In this document: positions 48,205-56,966 of the stretch, one piece after another | Layout of the letters: each line of letters starts with the position of its first letter | Position numbering within the stretch: position 1 is the first letter of the stretch | Assembly: GCA_016182875.1 (NCBI GenBank) | Contig: JACPFQ010000004.1 | Coordinates: forward strand, 183,556 to 247,555 | Reading direction: 5' to 3' | Origin: Candidatus Doudnabacteria bacterium | Lineage (GTDB): Bacteria; Patescibacteriota; Doudnabacteria; UBA920; O2-02-FULL-48-8 | Length of the DNA: 64,000 nucleotides | Program-made: the position numbers and the translations under genes | Notes under the pieces: generated by a model | What the model was told of the DNA's origin: nothing | The model's database searches: none | What the model saw: the letters and a program-made list of their open reading frames with translations, nothing else

Positions 48205-50451
48205 CTATACCTTTTCAATTTCTTTTTCAAAATCGCATTCTTTGTTGGAGCATTTGATAACGCCGTCCTTGGCGTAAACTAAGAGGTCTCCTGACTTCGG
48301 GCATTTTTCGCCCGTGGGTTTTTGGTTGAGCAAAAATTTGCATTGGGGGTACTTGGAACAGGAGTAAAAAATCCCGCGCTTGCTTCGTCTCTCAACCAGC
48401 TCACCTTCGCCGCATTTGGGACACTCCACCCCTGTGCCTTTTTGGATTTTTTTGATGTTTTTGCATTCCGGGTAGCCGGTGCAGCCCAAGAAAGAGCCGA
48501 ATCGGCCGAACTTTACCGCCATGGGCCGGCCGCATTTTTCGCAAATCACGTCCTTGTGTTCGTCCATTAGTTTTTGCTCTTCCGGCATGGGACGGGTAAA
48601 TTTGCACTCCGGATAATTGGAGCAGGCAATGAACTTTCCGAACCTTCCGAATTTTATGACCAAAGGATGCCCCGATTCCGGACATTTTTCATCGAGCTCG
48701 ATTACATGCTTCTCGACTTCTTTTTCTTTGGTCTTAAGATTGCTGTGGAACGGCTCGTAGAATTCGCGTATCACAGGCACCCATGCTTTTTCCCCATTGG
48801 CAATTTCATCCAGTTCGTCTTCCATCTTGGCCGTGAACTGCAAATCAACCACTGCTGGAAAATGTTCAACTAAAATGTCGTTGACAATGAAGCCAATTTC
48901 GGTCGGGTGGAATTTTTTGTCTATCTTGTTGACGTAATCGCGCTCCTGAATCGTGGAAATAGTCGGGGCATAAGTTGAAGGCCGGCCAATGCCTTGTTCT
49001 TCCAAGGCTTTGATTAAGGTGGCGTCGGTGTAGCGCGCGGGTGGCTGGGTGAAATGCTGGTTGGGTATGATTTTTACCACCCTTGGTTCATCGCCTTTTT
49101 TCAACTCCGGCAGCAGCCCCTCACCTTCCCCATTTGCCTCTTCCTCGTCAGTGCCTTCCAGATAGACTTTCATGAAGCCGTCGAACTTGATGACTTGTCC
49201 GGTTGAGCGGAAAGTATATTTCTTTTTAACGCCGGCGATTTCGGTATCGATACTAGTGGCGTCAAACACGGCTTCCGGCATTTGGGTGGCTAGGGTCCGC
49301 TTCCATATTAAATCGTAAAGCCGGTATTGATTTCGATCCAGATGATCCTTGATGCTTTCCGGGTCGCGCATTAGGTCCGTTGGCCGGATGGCCTCGTGCG
49401 CTTCCTGGGCGTTTTTGGATTTAGAAGTATAGCGCCTTGGCTGGTCCAAAACATATTCTTTGCCATAGCGGTCCAGAATAGTTTGTTTGGCAGAATCCAA
49501 GGCAAAATCCGAAAGGTTGACTGAGTCAGTACGCATGTAAGTGATCAAACCAGTTGCTTCGTTTTCGCCAATTTCGACGCCTTCATACAGTTGCTGCGCA
49601 TACATCATGGTTTGTTTGGCGCTAAATCCTAACTTTCGGGCAGCTTCTTGTTGGAGCGTTGAGGTGATAAATGGAGCAGCCGGATTTCTTCTGACTTCCT
49701 TTTTCGTTACCTCAGCTACGACTGCCTGCCGGTTGCGCAAATCGGAAATTATCTTTTGAGCCTGCGTTTCGTTTTTGACTTCGAGTTTATCCAGACTCTT
49801 GCCATCTATTTTGGCGAGCTTGCCGGTGAAATTGGCGTCCTTATTGAAGGTCGCGATAATGCTCCAGTATTCCTGCGGCGCAAATTTCAGAATCTCGCGT
49901 TCGCGGTCGACTATGAGCCTTACTGCCACAGACTGCACCCGGCCGGCAGAAAGCCCGCGTTTGACTTTTTTCCAAAGAAAAGGAGAGAGTTCATAGCCCA
50001 CCAGCCGGTCAAGCACTCTTCGGGCCTGTTGCGCGTCCACGAGGTGCAGGTCAAGCTCTCTTGGATTTTTGAGCGCTTCATCTATGGCAGTTTTTGTTAT
50101 TTCATGAAAAGCTATTCTTTTGACTTTTGACTCTTGACTTTTGACTTTCCCCAGGCCTAAAGCATGCAACAGGTGCCACGCTATGGCTTCGCCTTCCCGG
50201 TCTTCGTCAGTAGCGAGGATTATTTCTTCCGCGTCTTTGGCCAGCTTTTTAAGTTCAGCCACGCGCTTCTTGGCTTTCGGCGGAATGACGTATGTTGGTT
50301 CAAAATTGTGCTCGATATCGACTCCCATTTTGCTTGTCGGCAAGTCGCGGATATGGCCAAAAGAGGCCTGAACTTCGTATTGGTTGTTCAGGAATCTAGA
50401 GATGGTCTTCGCTTTTGTGGGAGACTCTACTATTACTAGGGATTTGGGCAT
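48205..50451 (-). CDS. topA: DNA topoisomerase I with C-terminal zinc-ribbon repeats
   Basis: TOPRIM (VIVESPTKAK, ATDxDREGE), active-site Tyr region, multiple C4 zinc ribbons; start set at MPKSL. Confidence 0.9.
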   Translation of the reverse strand: MPKSLVIVESPTKAKTISRFLNNQYEVQASFGHIRDLPTSKMGVDIEHNFEPTYVIPPKAKKRVAELKKLAKDAEEIILATDEDREGEAIAWHLLHALGLGKVKSQESKVKRIAFHEITKTAIDEALKNPRELDLHLVDAQQARRVLDRLVGYELSPFLWKKVKRGLSAGRVQSVAVRLIVDREREILKFAPQEYWSIIATFNKDANFTGKLAKIDGKSLDKLEVKNETQAQKIISDLRNRQAVVAEVTKKEVRRNPAAPFITSTLQQEAARKLGFSAKQTMMYAQQLYEGVEIGENEATGLITYMRTDSVNLSDFALDSAKQTILDRYGKEYVLDQPRRYTSKSKNAQEAHEAIRPTDLMRDPESIKDHLDRNQYRLYDLIWKRTLATQMPEAVFDATSIDTEIAGVKKKYTFRSTGQVIKFDGFMKVYLEGTDEEEANGEGEGLLPELKKGDEPRVVKIIPNQHFTQPPARYTDATLIKALEEQGIGRPSTYAPTISTIQERDYVNKIDKKFHPTEIGFIVNDILVEHFPAVVDLQFTAKMEDELDEIANGEKAWVPVIREFYEPFHSNLKTKEKEVEKHVIELDEKCPESGHPLVIKFGRFGKFIACSNYPECKFTRPMPEEQKLMDEHKDVICEKCGRPMAVKFGRFGSFLGCTGYPECKNIKKIQKGTGVECPKCGEGELVERRSKRGIFYSCSKYPQCKFLLNQKPTGEKCPKSGDLLVYAKDGVIKCSNKECDFEKEIEKV

Positions 50452-50564
50452 AAGAAATTCAAAAGTCAAAATGCAAAATGCAAAATGACAAAGCAAAATT
50501 AAAAATTATTCTCTTTGCATTTTTAATTACATTTTGATTTTTGAGCTTTGATTTTTGCATTAAC

Positions 50565-51653
50565 CTAATCATTTTTATCTACCAGAATTGCATTTGTCAA
50601 GCCGATCTTCTTGAGGATCGCCAAACTTTCTTCCTCATTTGCCCATCGCGGACAGCAATAATCTTCAATGATTACCGGCTTAAGTTCGATTTTTTTAATT
50701 TTTTCTTTTTCAAAAGTTATTGTTACAGTCAAACCTTCTCTAGTTTCCTGGCTCCACATCTGATCGAACACAAAATTGCCCAAGGAATAAAATATCCATT
50801 TACCCTTATATTGTTCGATGGTTTGAATCCAATGCGGATGGTGGCCGACAAATAAGTCCGCACCCGCCTCAATCGCCTGGTGTACGCGTTCAACATTTAC
50901 GGCGTCGGGCTTTCTTTGGTATTCCGTACCCATATGCGCCGACACAATCACGAAATTAGCTTTTAGTTTAAGGCTTTGAATATCTTGCGCCACCGAGGCT
51001 GTGTCATTCCAATTACACACTAATGGGTTTGATTTTTCGCCCAGCCTCGACTCGCCGTCGAGGCGAGGCGGGCCGCCGTCGTTGAAAGCGGCGTAAGAAT
51101 AAGCCAGGAAACCAAATTTTGTCTCATCCTGAGTAATCAGCACGCCTTCATGACAATTTGCTCCTGTACCAACAGGCAGAATATCATGAGCCTTGAGTAA
51201 TGCATAAGTAAAGTTAAGCCCTTCCTGCCCCTGATCCAAACTATGATTATTGGCCGCGGCCAGAACATCAAAGCCGGCCGCAGTTAGCCCCGCAACGCTT
51301 TTGGGGTCAGCATTGAAAGCCAAGCTGTTCGGGACAAAATGCCGGCCTTCATCATTGAAAGGAGATTCCAAATTCGCAAAGCTTATGTCGGATTGCGAAA
51401 TCTGTTCCAGCACGTTTTTAAACGGCAAGGAAAAATCCCCAGCTTTATAAATTTTATCAGCGACGTTACGCGAAAGCATAATGTCGCCGGCAAAGAACAG
51501 GGTGATAGTTGATGGTTGATAGTTGATAGAGTCCGTAGCGTGCCCATTCATCGGCTCAGGAGAAACCGTGCTCTTAGGTTTGACCAAAATCGCCGCGACC
51601 AGAAGCGCTGCAGTGATGATCGCCGTATAAATTATTTTATCTCGTTTTAACAT
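50565..51653 (-). CDS. CapA/PGA_cap family metallophosphoesterase (poly-gamma-glutamate capsule biosynthesis-like)
   Basis: N-terminal TM; metallophosphatase motifs (GDIM, NLE, GHHPH). Confidence 0.7.
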   Translation of the reverse strand: MLKRDKIIYTAIITAALLVAAILVKPKSTVSPEPMNGHATDSINYQPSTITLFFAGDIMLSRNVADKIYKAGDFSLPFKNVLEQISQSDISFANLESPFNDEGRHFVPNSLAFNADPKSVAGLTAAGFDVLAAANNHSLDQGQEGLNFTYALLKAHDILPVGTGANCHEGVLITQDETKFGFLAYSYAAFNDGGPPRLDGESRLGEKSNPLVCNWNDTASVAQDIQSLKLKANFVIVSAHMGTEYQRKPDAVNVERVHQAIEAGADLFVGHHPHWIQTIEQYKGKWIFYSLGNFVFDQMWSQETREGLTVTITFEKEKIKKIELKPVIIEDYCCPRWANEEESLAILKKIGLTNAILVDKND

Positions 51654-52791
51654 AGTGTGAGCCGCCCAAATTCTTAACCCGGCCCTTCAATTCGAGCATG
51701 GTCAAAAGAGTGTTGACTTCGGCGGCCGGTTTTTTTATGCTGCGGACAAGCTCATCAATATGCGTGGGTTCCTTAGACAGAAGCTCAAGCAACACTTTTT
51801 CTTCGGGCGCAGTTGGTTCAAGGGGCACCGCTTGATTTAAATTCAAGTCGATATTTAGCTCTTGGATTATATCTCGGGCGGAAGTGACCAGCTTGGCGCC
51901 CCGCTTGATAAGCTCGTTGGTCCCCTGGCTGACTTCGGAAAAAATAGAGCCGGGGACCGCAAATACCTCCCGATTTTGCTCCAAGGCGTAGTTGGCGGTA
52001 ATCAAAGCGCCGCTCTCCAGGTCGGCTTCAATGACCAAGGTTCCCAGGCTTAAGCCGGAAATAATCCGGTTCCGAATGGGGAAATTTTGTTTCTGCACGA
52101 CCATCCCCAATGGATATTCGGAAACCAGGCACCCCTGTTGAATAATTTTTTGAGCCAGCAGAAAGTTGGCTCTTGGGGAGATGCTGCTGTTATCAAGGGA
52201 AGACGCGAGCACTGCTATCGGACTTCCGCCGGAGTTGAGAGTCGTGTTATGCGCTTCGGCATCCACGCCAAAAGCCAGGCCCGAAACGATGACCAGATTG
52301 CTTGCCGCCAGAGTTGCCACCAGTTCTTGGGTGATATGTTTTCCATATTGGGTCATTTTTCTCGTGCCCACTACTGCCAGTCCGGGCTGGCGCAGCAGTT
52401 GAACATTTCCCCGTATATAAAGGATGGGCGGCGGCTGGCTGATTTCGGACAGCAGCGGCGGATAATCTTCATCTCCGGTAAGGACGACCTCGATTCCCAA
52501 ACTTTGAAGTTTTTCCCACGATTGTTCTGGCTTGATTTCGTTTCTTTTTGATATAATGGCATCCACGCTCTTTTGGTTAAGCCCGGCCTGCCGCAAATCC
52601 GACCCCGAAGCCTGCCAGGCTGAAGCGTAATCTCCGAAGAAGGCCTGCAGTTTCATGAGGCTTATCGGGCCCAAATCCGGAATCAGGTTAAAAGCGTTGC
52701 CGTAAATTTTTTCCGCCTTCGCTAAAGCTTCGGCGGACAGGGTTTCTTCTTTGGTTTCTTGGTTGACTTTTTCTGGAATTTTTGCTACCAT
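51637..52791 (-). CDS. dprA: DNA processing protein DprA/Smf
   Basis: Rossmann-like DprA core (GxAxGVD..AH), C-terminal winged helix. Confidence 0.85.
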   Translation of the reverse strand: MVAKIPEKVNQETKEETLSAEALAKAEKIYGNAFNLIPDLGPISLMKLQAFFGDYASAWQASGSDLRQAGLNQKSVDAIISKRNEIKPEQSWEKLQSLGIEVVLTGDEDYPPLLSEISQPPPILYIRGNVQLLRQPGLAVVGTRKMTQYGKHITQELVATLAASNLVIVSGLAFGVDAEAHNTTLNSGGSPIAVLASSLDNSSISPRANFLLAQKIIQQGCLVSEYPLGMVVQKQNFPIRNRIISGLSLGTLVIEADLESGALITANYALEQNREVFAVPGSIFSEVSQGTNELIKRGAKLVTSARDIIQELNIDLNLNQAVPLEPTAPEEKVLLELLSKEPTHIDELVRSIKKPAAEVNTLLTMLELKGRVKNLGGSHYVKTR

Positions 52792-53246
52792 ATATTGTTT
52801 TCTATAGAATATACTAGTACTTTGAAAATTAAAAATCGCCCAGTCATTCGACCGGGCATTCTGGTGTTCTTGACCCTACTTCACGAGCGGCGAAAGGAAG
52901 CAGCATCCCTCCTATTGTTTCTGAGTAACCACAAGTTCAGGCTCAAATGGTCTTCCATTTCCGCCTGGCGCTCGTAAGTAGGGTTAAGCACATCACAACA
53001 CGTCCACGGAGGACAGGGGGTTAACATGATTCAGATCGTGATTTTCGGGTCCGCAGCACTGGCTCTTGCGGGCCTCGGTTACTTCGTCGTTCGCGACCTG
53101 ATCGCTCCAAGGCTGGAGCGGTTCGGGGACACCATCCTCAACATGCTCAGGGCAATCGGAAGCCTGCACTGATAGAGGCAGGCGTCAGTCCACCCCGCGG
53201 AAATTTCGCGGACCACCATCACGTGTTCGGATCTTCGGAGGCAACC

Positions 53247-53615
53247 ATGCTAGGTCGTTCACCAAGCAATTCCACCGCCCTGACCAAAGCCAGCGACCTT
53301 CCCGGGCCGCGATTGGTCAAAAACGGTATTGTGTTGGCCAGCCAACCCAAGCCGTCCTACCTTGCGAGAGTCGTCAATGTTGACCATCCCCCGCCGGGAG
53401 CTGAAGCGGTTCCCATGCTGGCTGGCGACATCGATGACGTCCTCAGGCGTATTTTTGGGAGCGATACCAGGCTCTATCACCGCCTCAGTTGCAATGACGA
53501 GGATGGGTCTGAATGCGACTTTCAAAGCGTACTCGCTGAATCCGGCGTGCACTCGAACGAGCCCTTGGCCGAGCGCTTCAGCGACACGATGCGCCGCGTC
53601 CGCTTCGAAAGCTAG
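53247..53615 (+). CDS. GC-rich orphan hypothetical protein
   Basis: GGAGG RBS; ~60% GC island 52990..53700; a 48-codon TM ORF (53026..53172) with GGAGG RBS lies just upstream. Confidence 0.4.
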   Translation: MLGRSPSNSTALTKASDLPGPRLVKNGIVLASQPKPSYLARVVNVDHPPPGAEAVPMLAGDIDDVLRRIFGSDTRLYHRLSCNDEDGSECDFQSVLAESGVHSNEPLAERFSDTMRRVRFES

Positions 53616-53796
53616 CCCGCAAGTCTCATCCCGCCTCGAAATCGGTCTGTTCCCAGCAGACCAAACCTTGCCCAATCCCGCCTGGGCCAGTGGCTACCAA
53701 GTCCACCGCGGTGAACAGGGAGGCCACAAAATTTCAACACTCGCCGGCGTTGCGCTATGCTCGCCGGCGCATTTTTTTATTTGGTTTATCTACAAA

Positions 53797-54039
53797 TTAA
53801 ATCTCCCCTCTCCTCCCAGGAGAGGGGTCGGGGGAGAGGTGGTTAGAGATTACTTGCAAAACACCTTCCAGGTTTTCGTCTATTTCGCTGTTCCAGAATC
53901 TAAGAATCTTAAAACCAGAGTCAGCTAAATATTTTGATCTTTTATGGTCTTTGATTTTGTTTATTCGTTCATTATGCTGACCGCCATCAATTTCGATGAT
54001 GAGTTTTTTCTCAAAGCAACAAAAATCTACTATTGCCAC
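53797..54039 (-). pseudogene. DUF559 (Vsr-like endonuclease domain) C-terminal fragment
   Basis: ...KKLIIEIDGGQH...GFKILRFWNSEI matches the DUF559 core, but the N-terminal half is missing and replaced by a C-rich hairpin repeat at 54046..54070. Confidence 0.5.
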
Positions 54040-54090
54040 CCCACCCTTAATCCCTCCCCTGAAAGGGGAGGGAAATTCTAAGATGTATAT

Positions 54091-54633
54091 TCATCCATTG
54101 AATTTGCTTTGTGCCATATCCAGTCCTTCGGTCATCAAAGTTTCGACCGCATCTTTTGCCCGCAGCAGAACTTCGTTCACAATTTTTTCTTCTTGTACCG
54201 TAAATTTTTGTAAGACATAGTCATCTCCCTGGAGTTGTCCTCGAGTTTCCGAGTTATCAATGCCCAGCCTGATTCGAATGAAATCTTTTGTGCCAAGTTC
54301 GGTGATAATCGAATCCACGCCATTGTGTCCGGCCGCAGAAACGTTTTTTTGTATTCTTATAGTGCCCAGTGGAAAATCCAAGTCGTCGTGGACCACAACC
54401 AGCTGTGCGGCTGGGTAGAATTTCAAAATCTGGTTGATGGATTTTCCCGACAGATTCATAAACAGCTGCGGTTTGGCCAAAATCACCTCGTCCGTTTTCA
54501 AAAACAAGCTGTCATATTTGTTTTCCCAACCTTCAGGGCCTGCCAATAAATCAAGCACTCGAAATCCGAGGTTGTGCCTGGTTTGTTCGTATTGTTTGCC
54601 TGGATTGCCCAGGCCGACGATGAGAAAGTGCAT
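54091..54633 (-). CDS. pth: peptidyl-tRNA hydrolase
   Basis: GLGNPG...HN.GF N-terminal motif. Confidence 0.85.
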   Translation of the reverse strand: MHFLIVGLGNPGKQYEQTRHNLGFRVLDLLAGPEGWENKYDSLFLKTDEVILAKPQLFMNLSGKSINQILKFYPAAQLVVVHDDLDFPLGTIRIQKNVSAAGHNGVDSIITELGTKDFIRIRLGIDNSETRGQLQGDDYVLQKFTVQEEKIVNEVLLRAKDAVETLMTEGLDMAQSKFNG

Positions 54634-54634
54634 C

Positions 54635-55057
54635 TTATTTTTTTCTATTAAATATTTGCAAAAACAGTGCTGGCCGGACAATAGGGATATTTCTAAATTG
54701 TTTTAACTGAGTTAAGTGCCTATCGCCTGAAATAATATATTCAGCCTGAGCAGCATATGCCGTTTCCAGCAGACGATTATCGCTAGGATCATCTTTGATA
54801 ATGTTAACATTGGTATCCGGGTAATAGATCGCAGAAGCGGCAAGTAATTTATCAAGCAGAGCGTCCGTGTTAATTTTTAATTTTTGGGCCTGCTTCTTCA
54901 TGTTGGAATAGTTTACTACGCGAATCAACTCATCAATCGTCTCCGGCGAGAAGCATAGAATTATTTGACGGCGGTTGACCAAAGTAAAAAGCTGCTCGAG
55001 AGATTTGCCCCAAAGCAGCATAGAAATTAGCACATTGGTATCAGCAGCTATCTTCAT
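54635..55057 (-). CDS. PIN-domain toxin (VapC-like)
   Basis: N-terminal D (IAADTNVLI), conserved acidic residues, ~140 aa. Confidence 0.7.
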   Translation of the reverse strand: MKIAADTNVLISMLLWGKSLEQLFTLVNRRQIILCFSPETIDELIRVVNYSNMKKQAQKLKINTDALLDKLLAASAIYYPDTNVNIIKDDPSDNRLLETAYAAQAEYIISGDRHLTQLKQFRNIPIVRPALFLQIFNRKK

Positions 55058-55278
55058 TTGGCCTGGGCTAGGGCTTTTTTTAGGGCAGATTTGGTTATAA
55101 CTCTGCCTAAACGCCGCCAGGTTCGAATTTCGGAAGGAGAATAAATCTTATCTGTTTTTTTTATCTTAGTGATAGTCGCAGTATTTCCAGTAATACGCAA
55201 GAATACCTTACTGCCCCGCCAGGTTTTGGGTAAAGTAATTGAATTAGATTTAATCTTGGTTATTGTAGCCTGAGTCAT
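55054..55278 (-). CDS. AbrB/MazE-fold antitoxin (VapB-like)
   Basis: 74 aa; 4-nt overlap with PIN gene; swapped-hairpin-like ITLPK motif. Confidence 0.55.
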   Translation of the reverse strand: MTQATITKIKSNSITLPKTWRGSKVFLRITGNTATITKIKKTDKIYSPSEIRTWRRLGRVITKSALKKALAQAK

Positions 55279-55297
55279 ATTTCAATTATACTCAGCC

Positions 55298-55326
55298 TTG
55301 ACAGAATCGTCAAAAAGGAGTATAAT
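55298..55326 (+). promoter_or_regulatory. consensus sigma70 promoter TTGACA-N17-TATAAT driving the DGR target gene
   Basis: ccTTGACAgaatcgtcaaaaaggagTATAATat; hairpin cccgtc-atcac-gacggg in the 5' UTR and AAGGAGG RBS follow. Confidence 0.55.
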
Positions 55327-55453
55327 ATATTGTTTCAAGATACGGTTCCGGGTATTGTTAATAATATCTAGAATCGTGTCTTGAGGCATCCCGTCATCAC
55401 GACGGGACAAGCCGAGTTCGGGCGGTCTCCCGGACAACAAGGAGGAACCCACC

Positions 55454-56113
55454 ATGCCAAGTCATGGAACCCCCCTCTCCGCAACGCATTTGGCGCCGTT
55501 TGTTAGTACGGCGACCAAAGCCCTGATCCTGGTCGCGAATGATCTGGGACAGGGAGTCCAGGAAAGCTGGGCGAACCGGAGCGAAGAAATGCAGTCGCTC
55601 TTCCGCCAGGCGTTTCTGCCGCCGCAACAGACGGGCCAGCCGCTCATGGCGCGCTATATCGTGCCGATCCCGAACATCGCGGTGAACTACGACCGCAAGT
55701 TCGTGGACGCGGCAATGGCCGGTGGTCCGCAGACCCCGTCCAACTACGATGTCCTCAAAGTCGGCGACCTCTACGTCGCCCGGCACAAGGGCATCGTCCG
55801 GCGCAACATCACGATCGTGAACTTCGGGCTGGACGTCAGCTCGGAACAGGCGCAGGAGTTCGGGCAGGCGCACAAACTCGGTCGCACGCTCGATCCATGG
55901 GAGTGCTTCTCCATCGGCGAGCACCGGCCCATGCTCAATCGCGAGCTCGGCTTCGACTACATGGCCGTTGTCTCGTTGGAGAAGTGCGAGTTCGGCGGTG
56001 AGTCGCGAGTCTGCAGCTGCTGGTGGGACGAGCGGGAGCGCGAGGCCGCTCTCAACTGGTTCACCGACGGCTGGCACGTCCGCTGCTGGTTCGGTTTCGT
56101 CCGCGAGTCCTAG
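55454..56113 (+). CDS. DGR variable (target) protein; C-terminal ~38 residues encoded by VR
   Basis: C-terminus ...CEFGGESRVCSCWWDEREREAALNWFTDGWHVRCWFGFVRES lies in the VR; GC-rich (~60%). Confidence 0.8.
   Translation: MPSHGTPLSATHLAPFVSTATKALILVANDLGQGVQESWANRSEEMQSLFRQAFLPPQQTGQPLMARYIVPIPNIAVNYDRKFVDAAMAGGPQTPSNYDVLKVGDLYVARHKGIVRRNITIVNFGLDVSSEQAQEFGQAHKLGRTLDPWECFSIGEHRPMLNRELGFDYMAVVSLEKCEFGGESRVCSCWWDEREREAALNWFTDGWHVRCWFGFVRES
55989..56104 (+). repeat. DGR variable repeat (VR), 116 bp
   Basis: Gap-free alignment to TR 56439..56554 with 17 mismatches, every one at a TR adenine. Confidence 0.85.
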
Positions 56114-56130
56114 GGCTCTGGGGATCTTTG

Positions 56131-56163
56131 GGTTTGAAACTCTGACACTTTGAGTTTCAGACC
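56131..56163 (+). other. GC-clamped hairpin immediately 3' of VR (DGR homing-associated stem-loop candidate)
   Basis: ggtttgaaactc-tgacacttt-gagtttcagacc. Confidence 0.5.
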
Positions 56164-56438
56164 CTGGGTCCCTTTTTCTTTTTTTAAAATTTTGATATCA
56201 TTTTTTCAGATATTAGATCAGTCCGCGGCCATGGTTTCGGACAATCGAATTCCGGAGTTTGATCAGCCAGAATGAGATCGGGCACGCTTGATCTTAGTGT
56301 GTTTTTCAAACTTCCCAAAAGATGAAGAAACTCGGTATAAGGCATTGGCGGATTAGTGTCGCTTAGCGAGATGCTATCCCAAATAAAATTCAACCCCAAG
56401 AGCATTTGAGGGGCGGTGGCATAGATGATGCTTTCTAC

Positions 56439-56554
56439 AATTCGGCGGTAAGTCGCAAGTCTGCAACTGCTGGTGGAACGAGCAGAAGCGCAAGGCCAAT
56501 CTCAACTGGTTCACCAACGACTGGAACGACAACTACTGGTTCGGTTTCGTCCGC
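56439..56554 (+). repeat. DGR template repeat (TR), 116 bp
   Basis: See VR; contains 30 A of which 17 differ in VR (13 A>G, 3 A>C, 1 A>T). Confidence 0.85.
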
Positions 56555-56568
56555 TACTTTCTTCGGCT

Positions 56569-56889
56569 TTATCCCGCCTTTGCGGCGGGATTTTCTTTGC
56601 TGGCTTGTCTATACCAGCCGCCAAGCATTTTGCCGATTTCATTCAGCGGTTCAGAAAGAGCGATGTATTTTTTGGTATCCAAGGCTTTAATCTCCCAGAG
56701 AATCTGCAAGAATAGTTTGAGCAAATCGAGCTTGATTATGGTTTTTTGCAAATATGCAGGTTTCTGCGGCTTCGATGAGTATCCAGCGATAAAACTTAAT
56801 TCAATTGTGCTTAGAAACAATATGTCAATTTTTGCGCCAAGAGTATATTTCGAAGATTTTAAAATGTGCGGCATGAAGCCATACCACAT
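56569..56889 (-). CDS. avd: Avd-like four-helix-bundle protein (23S rRNA IVS-protein family), antisense to the rest of the DGR
   Basis: C-terminal ...LNEIGKMLGGW... and FIAGYSS match the IVS-protein/Avd consensus (..NIAEG..R / ..EEIxKMLNGL..). Confidence 0.55.
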   Translation of the reverse strand: MWYGFMPHILKSSKYTLGAKIDILFLSTIELSFIAGYSSKPQKPAYLQKTIIKLDLLKLFLQILWEIKALDTKKYIALSEPLNEIGKMLGGWYRQASKENPAAKAG

Positions 56890-56966
56890 TTTGTAAGCAG
56901 AAATAAGATGTTGCAGAATCGGAAGATTCCGTTGGGGGGGGGGGCGTTAACAGAGGCAAAATTCAG

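Noticed and set aside
56406-56690. Plus-strand ORF 56406..56690 and minus ORF 56184..56405 between VR and TR
   Set aside because: 56406..56690 is simply a reading of the TR (Thr/Gly/Ser-rich from the repeat). 56184..56405 has no RBS or motifs; kept only as a weak possibility
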